The translations under genes were made by a program, and so were the position numbers. From positions 22,258,001 to 22,322,000 of the forward strand of contig NC_043012.1 of NCBI RefSeq assembly GCF_006345805.1: 64,000 nt of DNA, read 5' to 3'. Below the pieces are notes generated by a model. The model searched no databases. It saw only the letters and a program-made list of their open reading frames with translations, and was not told where the DNA came from. This DNA is from Octopus sinensis. Its lineage: Eukaryota. Shown piece by piece: positions 1 through 14,072 of this stretch (the first letter of the stretch is position 1; every line of letters starts with the position of its first letter).

Positions 1-304
1 AATATCTTGGCAGAAATTTTTTTATTTTCTTAGTTTTAGCTTTGTCTCGTGTATAACTTTTATCCCAGTTTTTGTTCAGTTAACATTAAATACAAAAGAG
101 TGCGAGTGCAGTTTCTTTATAGGCACACTGCTTATTAATAAGATTAAAATAAGAATAATCTAGATAGCAGGAGTTGTTTATTGATGTGATCCCTGTTGCT
201 GGCGACCCGTAGGAGATTCTGCCATATTTGGTTCGAAATTTGACAAAAAGTCGTTGTAACTCTTCAAACTGCTTCACTTGTTTATGTAGTTTGGGTCTAA
301 ATTT

Positions 305-560
305 GGATTCCTACGTCAGCAAAAATGGATCGCAAGACGGATTCTTCAAACCGAGCCAAATGACAGGAGACCAAGGGGTAGACTTAGAATGAGGTGGTTA
401 GATAAATATCCATAGAGTCTCGGATATGGGATCCAGCAAGAATGTGTAAGAACGGTTGCTTTTGATATGGCCCTATGGAGGAGCGACCTGAGGATTCTAC
501 CTCCACGACCCTCCTAGATATCGTGGGTGGAGAAAATGCATGGATGGATAATGTGATGGA
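305..560 (+). mobile_element. Degenerate 3' end of an RTE-clade LINE
   Basis: Encodes a decayed RRPRGR(L)RMRWLD motif followed by an atgg-repeat tail. Homologous to 39850-40265 (-). Confidence 0.6.
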
Positions 561-874
561 AAAAACACAGCAATACCTTTCACAGTATAGGAAGTTTCAT
601 ATTGCATTGTAACTGAATTTCGTACAAACTTTGATTTGTCATTTTGTAACTCAACAATGGTATCATCTTCATATTCTTCATCAATAATGATAATAATAAT
701 TATAATCGTTTAACGTCCACTTTTCCGAACTTGTATGGGTCAGGAGGAATTTTATTGAGGTAGGTTTTCTATGGCCGGTTTCCCTTCTTGTCGCCAACCC
801 TCACCTATTTTCAAGCAAGCTATTTCCCCTTAGACATGTTTTCACAGAAAAATGGAAACAAATAACAGAGACGC

Positions 875-1299
875 ATAGGCGTAGGAGTGACTGTGTGGTA
901 AGTAGCTTGCTTCCCAACCACATGGTTCCGGGTTCAGTCCCACTGCGTGGCACCTTGGGCAAGTGTCTTCTACTATAGCCTCGGGCCGACCAATGCCTTG
1001 TGAGTGGATTTGGTAGACGGAAACTGAAAGAAGCCTGTCGTATATATGTATATATATATATATATATGTGTGCGTATGTATATGTTTGTGTATCTGTATT
1101 TTACCCCCCAACATCGCTTGACAACCGATGCTGGTGTGTTTACGTCCCCGTAACTTAGCGGTTCGGCAAAAGAGATCGATAGAATAAGTACTAGGCTTAC
1201 AAAGAATAAGTCTTGGGGTCGATTTGCTCGACTAAAGGCGGTGCTCCAGCATGGCCACAGTCAAATGCCTGAAACAAGTAAAAGAGTAAAAGAGTAAAG
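875..1299 (+). mobile_element. Full-length tRNA-derived SINE family A
   Basis: A-box-like TGACTGTGTGG, B-box-like GGTTCAGTCCC, central (TA/TG)n and (aaagagt)n tail. 8-bp TSD agagacgc (867-874 / 1300-1307). Many further full or partial copies occur in the window. Confidence 0.9.
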
Positions 1300-1575
1300 A
1301 GAGACGCTCCTTTACAACTATGACGCGATGTCAAAAAAGAGAGACAGAGACAAACATATACACACACACACATTCGCGCGCATACATACGAACAACACAT
1401 ACACACACACACACACACACATTCTTTCTTTCTTGTTTCAGTGTCCGTCTACAAAATCTATTCACAAGGTTTTGGTAGGTCGGGGCCTATAGTAAAACGG
1501 AACTGAACCGGAAACTACGTATATTGTTGAGAAGTAAGCTTAACCATACAGCCACGCTTCTGTGTGTGTGTTTGT

Positions 1576-1654
<79 letters not shown>

Positions 1655-2350
1655 TGTGTGTGTGTTTGGCGATGCAGGCAAGAGAAAAAGCACACAATAT
1701 GCAAAGTAGAACATACATGTCTTTATTCTTTAGCCATAAAGCTAAATAAGTAACTCAAAAGTCTGGAGTCACTTACTTTTACAGTTAAATGATGAAGAGC
1801 TGCGTGTGTGCGCCTGCGCAAGTTGTAGTTAAAAGTAACTTATCTATAATTAAGTTTCATGCCGACAGAGGCAATAATTCTTAACGAAGTGTTTTAATCA
1901 AGTGTTTGTTATTTAAACCGAAAGCTATTGAATAACTTAACTGTCGTCACTTAAATAAAATTATTCATTGAAAAATCCATCTGGTGAATGTCTTCAGTAT
2001 TTATAAACCTAAATTCACTCCGACAATGGATGTCTGCCTCTACCGTAAAGTGTGTGGGGAGACACACGAGTTTAGTCTGTACCAGTCTTAAAATGAATAT
2101 CACAATTTGGCGATGATAGGCAAAAAAGCTGCATAATCGTTAAATATGTGGGGTGCGGGGTGCTTCTTTTTTTTTTATATCTCTCACTCTTACACAAAAA
2201 TTATGGTAGCGCTTCGTGGTCCAAGAAAGATGGTTCTGTAATTTCTTGCTCAACAATCTGCACAAACGATTTGTTTATAGAGATCAAATGTTCGTGATGG
2301 ATGTTACCTCATCCATCAAATCGACGTTTCCTGAGCAGATGCACGGTATA

Positions 2351-2587
2351 TACCTATTTCTTTATTACCCACAAGGGGCCAAACATAGAGGGGACAAACA
2401 AGGACAGACATAGGTATTATGTCGATTGCATCGACCCCAGTGCGTAACTGGTACTTAATTTATCGACCCCGAAAGGACGAAAGGCAAAGTCGACCTCGGC
2501 GGAATTTGAACTCACAACGTAACGGCAGACGAAGTACCGCAAAGCATTTCGCCCGGTGTGCTAACGCTTCTGCTAGCTCGCCGCCTT
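2351..2587 (-). mobile_element. Young SINE family B with Tx1-type tail
   Basis: 11-bp TSD tgcacggtata (2340-2350 / 2588-2598). Confidence 0.9.
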
Positions 2588-3620
2588 TGCACGGTATACC
2601 ACGCGTCAGGTGTCGAAGTGATCAGAGAGCAAAATAAGATGGAATGTCTTGCTCAAGAACACAACGCACCACAGGCCCCAGAAATTGAAACCACGACCTC
2701 ATGATCGTCGTGAGAGCAACGCCTTAACCACTCGGCCATGCACCCACGCTTTACATTAAAAAAAATATCACAGTTTGGTTTATGTATCATGTATGGTCCG
2801 TATTAAAACTATACGCATGGCAAACGTGCTTAAAAGGATTTCTTTAACGTACATGAAATGCTGCGATTGGGACATTCAGAAAATTCTTTCGATAACTTTT
2901 GATTATATTCAACTGCCTTGCTATGTCTAAGAGATGTCCACAGCCTTCCCTTTCATCTGTTCCAATCCAGTGTACTGCACCTCTCGAAGATCATTGATAT
3001 CTTTCGTTTGCAAGATTTGTGGGGATGTACAGTATAGGGGGAACACTGCATGTTCAACTAACTTGACAGGATCAGCATGAAGTACTTTGCCCAAGAACAC
3101 AACGCACTGCCTTGTTCGGGAACCAAAACCCACAACATTATGATCGTCAGTCCAACTGCCTAACCACTATGCCACGCGCCTTCACCATTAGACTGCCTTA
3201 CTTTCCCACAATTCCAAATTGCATAGCAGACGTCAGTGTCATTCCCTGCAAACCAATTATTGGATTGCGTCCAAGAATGGTTTTGTTTTCAGAAGTGTGA
3301 GAGATCGATCTCTGCCAAAGAATGCATTTGGATCAGGCGTTGATACTGTTGAATCAGTGATAATGGGAGCAATAAAGACAGGGGCCGCAATGAGCCAGTT
3401 TCGGTGTAGACGGTGCTCAATTTCGTGCAGTTTATACACTGTGTTCTAATTTAAAGGAACAGGAATCACTGTAGCCACCATAAAAGAAAATATAAGATAC
3501 AGGGAGATGGCTGGTTCGGTGGCTGAGTTATTTATTACTTGGAGGGCGTTTCTCTGGTCTCATCTTCAACGTTAGTAAATCCAGCAGTCAGTAAAATGAC
3601 AGATTAATATCAATGCAGCG

Positions 3621-3935
3621 TACTTAGTAAAGCTTTTCGCTCCCTAAGGAGCATTGTCCATAAACGACCTCTGTTCTCAACTCTGGGCTGTCTTTTTCTC
3701 TCCTTGGTCTTCTTCTTGAGTTGTCATCGAAGATTCTGTAGCTTTGATTTTCCTAGGTAGAGGTATTGGCTCTCTGGAAACCCATTTTTACTTCTGGGAA
3801 GAGGTGGTCCCTATTATTGTGACCTCAATCCTTTGATCTGTCCAACACGGGAGTCCCTACCAAGAGGTTGCGCTCGGCTGACATATCTTTCAGGGTCATT
3901 GGGGCATACAAGCCACCACGTCACAAGGGCTGCAT
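3621..3935 (-). mobile_element. Decayed bipartite RTE-derived non-autonomous element
   Basis: RTE-like 5' segment (ggcttgtatgccccaatgaccctg...ctcttggtagggactccc) joined within about 300 bp to an RTE-like tail (atgctccttagggagcgaaaagc...taagta). Related tails at about 6020-6115 and 50365-50420. Recognised from memory only. Confidence 0.35.
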
Positions 3936-6329
3936 CTTGTGGTAGTGAATGCAGCGTATGATATGAGAACACCGCAGTTTGTGGAGGCGAAGGAAAGCTG
4001 AATGATTGGAGTGAGAATAAAAGAGCGGTGATGGGGGTGAAGAGAAGGGGGGGATAAATAGATTAATAATGAAGAGAATGGTTAAATGAGGAAATGGAAA
4101 GTTGATGGGACATTGGAATGATGGGAAAATTGTAAAGGAATAAAAGATGGTAGAGTATGATGAGAATTAACATCTTAGGAACATGAAGTGAAGCGATGGA
4201 AGAAAAATAGTGAAAGAATTTGGAAGATGATCGGAAGATGATCGGCAGTGAAAGAATGGAAGAAGCGAAAACGGTCGGCGAGATGGAGGAGTAGTAGTGG
4301 GAGGTAAAGTTTGGAGAATAGGAGTGGGATTGAGAGAATGAAAACTGGAGATTGGTAAATAAGAATGAAAGAATGAAATAAAGGATAAATGAGAAAAATG
4401 ACTCATAGAGGAATGGAGGAAGTAAAACGGAATATAAAGAAAGATTGAAGACAGAATATTTTAAGAAACCAAGAGAGAATACAGGATTAAGAGAATAAGA
4501 AGCTAATTAAGCAGAATTAACGAATGCTTGAAAAAGAAAGAAGAGTGAGAAGATTAAAATATAAATATCTTGGATAAGTTACTGAAAGACGCATTAATTG
4601 CTCCTTTCAGGGAATGACAGATTCGTTGTTGCTGAAGAGCCGGTCGGCTTTAAATGGGCTGACCAACAATGATCAAAGGAGTTCCAACTGTGGCCATCCC
4701 ACCTTTTTTACAGATACAAATTTAGATATTCCTCGTACAGTGTTTCCATTGTTTTTTTTTTTTTTTTTTTTTTGGATTTTTAATAGACTCAGGCGCAGAC
4801 GTGACTGAGTGGTTTAAGAAGCTCGCTTTCCAACCTGGAGGTCTCGAGTTCAGTTCCATTGTACGGTAGCTGGGGCAAGTGTCTTCTGTTATAGTCCCGG
4901 GTCGACCAACGCCTTGGAAGTAGATTTGGTGGGCGGAAACTGAAAAGAAGTCCCTCGTATATATATGTATGCATATATGTATGTGTGTGTATACTTATGT
5001 GTTGACTTTGTGGTTGTAAATGGGTGTCATCGTCATAAAGAGTTCATTTCCAGTCTTCCGAGAAAATATGCTTGGCCATGGGGAAACAGGTAAGGATTGA
5101 CAACAGGAACGAAATTCGACCTTAGAAAATCTGACTCAACAAATTCCGTCTGGATCACGGAAAAGTGGTCATCAAATGATATGAATAAAGGAAGATTTGG
5201 CTGCTATTTTTAGTTGCTGGGGATTGTATTGCGTGCTGAAACTCAGTGCCTAAAGTGTTAAGTGGATAACATATTCCCCCTGGATATGGCGCTAATTTCT
5301 TGTGTATATAACCTTAAATTTGAATCGATAAGTGTTAAATTGAGGCGAAGTGTCCTGACAAGAGATAATTGTCAACAGCGACGGATAAACTATAAGGATT
5401 TGAGAGATTTTTATAAACCGTTTCACCTCTTACTAAACCATAAAAGGAATATGGTAAATTACTAGAAAGAAAATTTCTGAAATCATCTTCTATAGCAACG
5501 TTTTTATGTCCACTTTTCCACACTTGCATGGGTCGGACGGATATGTTAAGACAGATTTTCTACAGTCGGATGCCCTCTCTGTCGCCAACTGACACCTGTC
5601 TTCCAAGTAAAGTCATATTCTGCCATAGCCAAACGTTTTTACGGAAGACTGAAAACGAAGGATACCCCTCACATGACGGTGACACTTGCTTACAGCTACC
5701 ATAAGATGTCAAGGCAAGGAGACAGTAACACACATGCACACATAAATGACAGGCTTCTTTCAGTTTCCGTCTAGAAAATTTACTCACAAGGCTTTGGCCG
5801 GCCCAAAGCTATAGTAGAAGACACTTGCCCAAGGTGCCACGCAGTAGGATCGAACCTGGAACCATGTGGTTGGGAAGCCAACTTCTTACCACACAGCTAC
5901 GCCTGCACCTATGGGCCATTTCTTCCCAGTGGTCAAATGGGTTTGCGTAAGGCCAACATCCTAACATAGAAACGAAAGCAAAGTTACAGAAGCGTCGATG
6001 ACCATTCAAAACAAACTGGGAGAGGAAAAGACGGCCCAGGGTGAAAACAGCGGAGAAGCGTCATCGGATGGCCTATACACCAACCAATAGGGAACGAAGG
6101 GCTTAAGAAAGTAAAGTATGATTTGAAGGAAGTTTGGCTGTTATTTCTGGAAGGTCATGTCATGTGACTACATAAAGTCTCAGCCATTGACTCACAGTTG
6201 TTGTTTAGCCCAAGGTCAACAATAATCGAGCAGATCAATGATCAATGTGCATTCTGGCCTTGACATGGAGAAAACCTAGCGAGGGGGTGGGGTGGGAAAA
6301 AAAGCGAGAATACGACTGAGTCGGTAAGT

Positions 6330-6830
6330 GGAAGGGGTGGTGATGGAGGGGTCTTGTTGATGATGATGGTAGTAATTGTGGTGATAGTGGGGGGGTGATA
6401 GGGTTGCTGATGGTGGTGATGGTAGCAGAGGTGAGGATTACGTTGGACGTTGAGAGGTGTGGTGGTGGTGGTCGAGGTGATATTTGTGAGGTTGAAGCGA
6501 CAGAGGTGGTGGGGGATTTTTATTTATGGTGGTGGTGTTGATGGCGAGGTTGCTGCTAGTAGCGGCGGTAGTGGTGGTGACCGTGGTAGTAGTTGTGGTG
6601 ATGGCGTGGGGTGTAGGGGAGGCACAAGTGATGGTTTTGATTGTGACGCTGGAGGTTTCGATTATGGTGGCAGTTGTGATGGTATTGGTGACGGTGGGAG
6701 GATTGCTGCTGGTAGTGGTAGTGGTGCTAGTAATGGTGGGGGTGGGGGTCATCGTCGTCGTGGTAGCTGTGGTGATGATGGCGATGGAGGAAGAAAGTAA
6801 AAGACAACGAACGGCCGATGTAGGTAAAAC
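6330..6830. repeat. (GGT/GAT)n-rich low-complexity tract
   Basis: Degenerate trinucleotide repeat that explains the poly-G/V/T ORFs. Confidence 0.8.
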
Positions 6831-7149
6831 ACACAAAAAAAAATAAACAATACAAACAGAAGACGATATCAAAGAAGAAAAATAGACGAAAACAAATTGG
6901 AAGACGAAAGAAAGAATAATGAAGATGCGAAAAAAAGAAAGATGAAAACAGAAAAGAAAGATAGAAGCGAAATGTATAAAAGATGAAAGAGGGGAGAAAA
7001 TAAAGCGAAAAAAGGAAGAACGAGAGAGTTGATCAAATTAAGTAGCAATCATCACTAGAGACGTCGTTGTTTCGTTTAATTGTTTCCCTTGTTTGCTGTT
7101 AACTTTGTCTTCCTCATATTTTATCATTTTTTACTTTCACTTTCGTTTT

Positions 7150-7600
7150 CTATCGTGACTGTACGGGAGTACACGTACATATATGTGCCTGTATTAATGA
7201 GGGTTGCGTATGTGTGTTTTTATGCGTCTGCCTGTGTATGCGTGTGCCTGTGTATGCGTGTGTATTTATGCGTGTGCCTTTATGTATGCGCGCACGTGTG
7301 TGTATGTATGTGTATTTATACGCGCGCCGCTGTGTATGTGTGTACCTATTCATGTGTGTCTGTGCGTACATGTGTTTGTTTATACGTGTGCCTCTGTGTC
7401 TTTAAACGCGTGCCTTTCTGTATATCTGCGCGCGTGTGTGTATTTATGCGTCTGGCTTTGTGTCTATGGGTATTTATGCGTGTGCCTCTATGTGTATTTA
7501 AGTGTGTGCCTGTTTGTATTAAGCATGTACTTGTATATGTATCTAGGCGTGTGAATGCTTCTCTGTCCTTCTATTTATGCTTACGCTGTGTGTGTGTTTC
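7150..7600. repeat. Degenerate TG-rich tandem repeat
   Basis: Recurring gcgtgtgcctgtgtat / tatttatgcgtgtgcc units. Confidence 0.75.
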
Positions 7601-8549
7601 TGGCGGTGTGTTTTTCTCATCTTACGTGTTACGTTAGTTTTATTATTATTTTTTTATTTTTTATTTAAGGTCAGTCGTCTTCCTTTCTCTCTCTTATAAA
7701 TTTGCATACAACACTATCATTGAAAAAAAAAAAATAACATGCCTTATGTGTAAATTAGTCACCATAAGGCTGTTCTGTCTTTATTGTTGTTATCGTTGTT
7801 GTTGTTCTATTTTTTATTTACTTTTTTAAAATATACATACCGTATGTGGCGAAGTTGGTGTATTTTTTTTTTTTTTTTTTTTTTAATTCGGTGGTTGAGC
7901 GGGTAAGTGTTGGTGGAGAAAAAAAAATTTAGTAGAGGCAGAAAACCACTGTCTTGTCTTTTCATCTTCACATTTTCGTGGCACCGTGTCCGGACAGAAA
8001 CAAGTATTTTTTTTCCTTTCTTTTCTTTTTTTGTTTTTGTATGTGATCTTGTTTTACGTGTGTAGCTTTTGTTTGTTGTATTCGTTAGTTGTTTTACTAT
8101 TTGTTATTGTAATATTTATTTTTATACGGTCTTCACATTGTGCGTATGTGTGTGTGTATATGAATAACACACTTGTAAGTATGTGTGTATACGAACATAA
8201 ACACACATGCTTTTGTGTGCGTGAGTGAGCGTGTGTGTATGAATATCCATGTATGCGTTTGTGTGTATGTATATGAGAATTGATGCTTGCATGTGTATAT
8301 GGGTGTTTAGTCTTTTGAGACGATGTTAATATATTGAAAGAAGGTGTGTGTGTGTGTGCGTGCGTGTGTGTGTGTTTATGTGTACTCTTTCTCTGTGTGT
8401 GTGTGTGTATTAATTTGAAGAGGGTTAGAATTTTTTTTTGTTTTTTTGCGCTTTTAATATAAACTGGCTTGATATGTGTGTCACTGATAAGATGGCAATG
8501 TGTAATCGCGTGTATACTGCTCCTCAGTGTATGTGTGTATGATGTGTGT

Positions 8550-8597
<48 letters not shown>

Positions 8598-9185
8598 CAG
8601 TGTTATGTGATGAGAAATGTGTATGAATCTGTGTGTAAGAGTGTGGGTCGAAGGAAGAGAAGTGTAGAATAAGCAGGTATCATTAGGGTGGGTGATTGTT
8701 AAGAGTTTTACTCTAGGGCCAGACCTAATTGAGCACTACTTGTTATAAAAAGTACTCCAGCCGAGGCCATTCCGCCTTTATTTGAAATATAAACATTATA
8801 GGCGCAGGTATAAATGTAGTTAGGAAACTCGATTTGCATCCACGGAATTTCGGTTTCAGTCCTACTGTGCGGCACCGTGAACAAGGGTCTTTTACTATAA
8901 CACCAAATCGACCATTACTTTGGGTTTATATATGTATAAATTAAATAATGAGGGTAGAAATTGATATTAATCAGTTTGTGGTCATTCCTCTTAATATTGT
9001 GTGTGTATATATATATATTGTGTATGTTTGTGCATCTGTGTTTGTCCTCTCAACCAATGCTGGTGTGCTTACGTTCCCGTAACTTAGCGGTTCGACAAAA
9101 GAGTCCGATAGAATAAGTCCTGGGGCGATTTGCTCGACTAAAGGCGGTGCTCCAGCATGGCTGCAGTCAAATGACTGAAACGAAG

Positions 9186-9246
<61 letters not shown>

Positions 9247-9407
9247 CGCAGAAGTGGGTGTGTGGTAAGTAGCTTGTTTACCCACCACAAGGTTCTGGGT
9301 CCAGTCTGACTGCGTGACACCCTGGGCAAGTGTCTTCTACAATAGCCTCGAGCCGACCAAAGCTTTGTTAGTGGATTTGGTAAACGGAAACTGAAAGAAG
9401 CCCGTCG

Positions 9408-9444
<37 letters not shown>

Positions 9445-9504
9445 GAATTAGAAGTAGCTCGAAATATATAAACAAAATCGAACACATACACAAGATATGT
9501 GTGT

Positions 9505-9543
<39 letters not shown>

Positions 9544-9599
9544 GTGGGTCGGCTGCGTTTTAGCTATAAGAGAGTATATTCTCAATGCGTCTATAGACT

Positions 9600-10010
9600 T
9601 ACCTTCAGGTGTTTTCAACACTAGGCGAATTGAGAATATGTTTGCTTACGGCTAAAACGCAGCCAACTCGCGACCTAACAACACACACATTCTCGCTCAC
9701 AACATCATAAGCGGAAAGTGTAACCTCTCGAAAGAGCTGTTCTTCACTCCTGTTCCAGAGCGTCGGCTGCGGGGTCATTCCGAAAAGCTCTACCTGCGAC
9801 GATTTCATCTCAATCGAAGGAGAGGAGCTTTCTCCGTCCAGGTTGCGGATCCGCGGAACAAGCTGCCAGATGAGATGGTGAAGATGCCGACGACCGCTTT
9901 GTTCAAAGTCTCCCTTGACCTCAAGTGGCCTGAACTCTTTACATGAACACCACCTTGTACTTAACTCCATGTCCCCCTACATGGCCTTGCTATTTGCTTT
10001 TGAGCCAAAT

Positions 10011-10042
<32 letters not shown>

Positions 10043-10045
10043 AAA
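9600..10045 (+). mobile_element. CR1-clade LINE 3' fragment with (TAAC)n tail
   Basis: Plus-strand translation ...RRLRGHSEKLYLRRFHLNRRRGAFSVQVADP(R)NKLPDEMV...LFKVSLDLKW matches the CR1/L2 ORF2 C-terminus, followed by (taac)n. Confidence 0.85.
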
Positions 10046-10107
10046 CAAACCTTGTGTATGTGCGTTCGATTTTGCTTATATATATGTATGCATGTATATG
10101 TATATAT

Positions 10108-10318
10108 TCTTTTAGTTGTTTCAGTCATTTGACTGCAGCCATGCTGGAGCACCGCCTTAGTCGAGCAAATCCATCCCAACCTTGTACTTATTCTATCGAA
10201 TTCTTTTGCCGAACCGCTAACTTACGGGAATGTAAACACACCTACACCGGTTATCAAGCGATTGTGAGGGGTGGGACAAACACGGACACACAAGCAAACG
10301 GAAATATATATGTATATA

Positions 10319-10349
<31 letters not shown>

Positions 10350-10473
10350 GGACAGGCTTCTTTCAGTTTCCGTCTACCAAATCCACTGTTGTAGAAGACA
10401 CTTGCATAATGTGCCACGCAGTGGGACTGAACCCAGGACCATGTGGTTGGTAAGCAAGCTGCTTAACACACAG
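10108..10473 (-). mobile_element. SINE family A copy
   Basis: Reverse complement of the 875-1299 element, with an internal deletion. Confidence 0.85.
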
Positions 10474-11319
10474 TGTGTGGCTTGTGCTTGTATCTGTCCC
10501 TTCCCACCACTTGACGAGCGGTGTTGGATTGTTTACGTCCCCGTAAGTTACCGGTTTGGCAAACGAAGACCGAAAGAATAAGTGCTAGACCTAAAAATTA
10601 ATTACCAGGGTCAGCTTATTCGGCTAAACTCCTCAATCAGGTGCCCCAGTATGGCCGCAGTCCAATGATTGGAAACGAGCAAAAGATAAAAGATTATCTC
10701 CGGTTAAGTATCTGCTTTGGTGCCTTCAGGTTGTAATTTAAGATTGTCTGGCTGCTATTTCTAGCAGATCGGGTGATTACGTAGAGGAAGTCTCTCACCT
10801 TCGACACCCGGCCATCGTGAAGGCGAAGATTGACAATGACCCCCGGTAGTGGTGATGGTGGTGGCGGTGGCGGTGGCGAGTCGTCTGGGCGGGGGTTGTA
10901 AGTGTTGGTGGTAGATGAAGGTGGGGTCGTCAATGGTGGCGGTGAGGGTCGTAGGGGGTGGTAAGGTTGATGGTGTAGGACGTCGTTGGATGGCGAAAGG
11001 TGTCTGTGATAGCAACGACGGTTAAAAGAAGGTTAACTACTTAATGATAGGAGAGAACTCAACATTCGAAAAAAAAAAGAACAAAAAGAACAAAAAAACA
11101 AATATAGTTTGCGAGGTAGGAAGGGGGCGGGGGTTAGAGTGGGGGTAGACGACAAATAATGATAGTTATTTCTTATTTAATTATATGTGTGAGTGCGTTA
11201 ATGTCTGGGTGTGTATGTGTGTGTGTTCTTGTATGTGTGAGCTTTTGTGTATTTACGTACACGTTCATTTAATTATGTATATGATGCATATATATATATA
11301 TATCTTTGTATATGGTTTG

Positions 11320-11405
<86 letters not shown>

Positions 11406-12616
11406 GGAAGAATAAAGAAAGGCAGATATAAGAGCAATGAACGAAACACTGGCGCCTCGAGCCACGTCGCTTTACAGTTGTCTCCCTTCCTCTGTCTGCT
11501 CTCTTTCTTCTCTCTCTCTCTCACTCCCCCCTCTCTCTCTCTCTCTTTCTCTCACGCAATATATAACATGACAGCAATACTAATTGCAGAGTTTGATAAT
11601 TTCTCTCAGAGGCGGAAGTAAGTGGATTACATCGAGCCTAGTGTTCAACTGGTACTTATTTTATCGACCCCCGAAAGGATGAAAAAAGGCGAAGTCGATC
11701 CCGGCGGAATTTGAACTCAGAACGTAACGATGGACGAAATGACGCTCAGCATTTTGCCCAGTGTGCTAACGATTCTGCCAGCTCGCCGTCTTACAACAGC
11801 AATACTCATCATTGCCTTAACGCGTTGGCGCTATCCGTAAAAGTTTTACGATAAATTACACACACACACCACACACACACACACGCGCGCGCGCGCGCGC
11901 ACACAATTTTATGTTTCGTAATTAGCGTAAATGCAGAGATAGGCAAAAATTAACTACGATATTCGTCCGGAAATAATCTCTCGTGTGGACGTACTGTGTT
12001 CAAACACAGTATATATCGGAAAGAGAGGAAATTTGTCTCAGCCTATATATGTATAATAGCACCTACTTAATGTGTGTTGTTAAACGTTTGTGGCTGTGGT
12101 ATTTTGTATAAAAAGAAGCCCTTGTAAAGGCGTTTGGAGTTTTTAAAAAACAATGAACATGACACCACAGCTATAAAGCCTTTCACAACACACATACATT
12201 AAGTATGTCATATTGGTAATGATTACATTACGTTTACCTTATTGATCTGCCTCTAACACAAAATTAGAATTTTGTTGTACTTGTGCGGCGCTTTTTTCAT
12301 ATCAGCAGATAGATTTTATGCTCTCTGCGTGTACTTTTGGCTGGCGATTCAAATTCGTTTCGAAAGTGAGGTGAATTATATGGCATTGATGCGCAGAAAA
12401 TACTATTAATTGTCGATATATGTTATTCCCGATCACTTCCGAAGTGGTTTCGTTTCGCCTAGCTTTGAGATATACTGTGCTGTCTTTTGTTTAAAAAATA
12501 ACTTTACGTCTTTAAAAACTAACTTTATGTCCTGAGATAAGCATTTAGCAACACACATAAATTAAGTATGTGGCAGTTTCAATGTTTATATTATTGAGCT
12601 CCATCAAACACAAAAT

Positions 12617-12688
<72 letters not shown>

Positions 12689-13688
12689 CTCATATATATA
12701 CACTTACACACACATATATGCATGCATATGTGGCTGTGGTAAGAAGCTTGCTTCCCAACCACATGGCTAGTGTCTTCTATTATAGACCCAGACTGACCAA
12801 AGTCCTGTGAGTGAATTTATTAGATGAAAATTGAAAGTATGTATGTATGTATGTATGTATGTATGTATGTATGTATGTATGTATGTATGTATGTATGTAT
12901 GTATGTATGTGCTGATTTGTATGTTTTCTGTATGTATTCTCATGCATATGGTTGCATATCTAGACATGCTCATATATATTTAGATGCTAAACTTCTGGAA
13001 AGTTTTACAGATTTTTACAGTTCCAATGACGGATTGGATCTATAGTTTTCAAATTAGCTTTCTCCTTTCTGGTTTTGAGAAGCGTAATTTCTCAAGATTG
13101 GTATTTAGGCAGTTTGTTACATATCCCAGGAACCCAATAATTACAGGTATAAGCCTGAACTTGTAATCTGGATAGAGTAACTCCATGTATGTATGTACGC
13201 TTATTTGTATGTATGTATGTATGTATGTATGTATGTATGTATGTATGTATGTATGTATGTGTGTGTTTGTGTGTATATTTGTGTTTCTGTTTGGCCACCA
13301 CCACCGTATGACAACCGATGTTGTACATCCCTCGTACTTTACGTCTCCGTAACTTAGCGGTTTGCGAAAAAGAAACCAATAGAATAAGTTCGAGGCTTTA
13401 AAATAGGTCCTGGCGTCGATTTGTTGGACTAAGCCACACAAGCTGATGCCCAGATAGCAGCCGCCATTCAAAGACTGAAACAAATGAAAGGTGAATGAGG
13501 TGCGGGGAGGCGTGTGTGTGTGTGTGTGTGACGCAAACGAAGGTGACAATATTGGCAATTTCTATCTATCTATCTCTACCTGCCTGTATGCTTGCCTGTT
13601 TATAAGCACATGATATTTTTCAACACGTATACCTATCAAAATATACTTACTTGAAACAGCATTAAATTAAAATAACGTGTATATCATA

Positions 13689-14072
13689 CTAGCAGTATCG
13701 CCCGGCGTTGCTCGGGTTTGTAAGGGAAATAACTATATAAGCATTTTTAGAGAGTTATAGCCAAAAAATGCATTAAAATGGAAAAAAATGATGGTAATTT
13801 TTTTTTTAATCGTTGACTCATCGTAGACATTTTTAGAGAGTTACTTCCCTTATATAATAGCGAAAAAATGCATTAAAATGGGAAAAAATGATGGTAAATT
13901 ATTTTTAAAATCGTAGACTCATTGTAGACGCGCGCTAATACCCGGACGGGCTCGATATGAATCACGACTATAAGATACCCGGTTTTGGTTAAACTGCACC
14001 GCAAAATGTGGGAGTAGTTAGGAATCTAAATCGTAGGAGACAGATACACAACCTTACTTTTATATATAAAGA
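13689..14072 (-). mobile_element. Non-autonomous Helitron
   Basis: On the minus strand A|TC...CTAG|T, with subterminal hairpin CCCG-agcaacgc-CGGG. Internal tandem duplication of about 90 bp. Confidence 0.8.

Noticed and set aside
6438-6872. Mucin-like or glycine-rich ORFs on both strands
   Set aside because: A (GGT)n low-complexity tract is stop-poor in several frames, and there is no splice or homology support.
12984-13045. Possible terminal exon (D)AKLLESFTDFYSSNDGLDL*
   Set aside because: The acceptor is weak and derived from (TA)n, the segment is short, and no partner exon was found.
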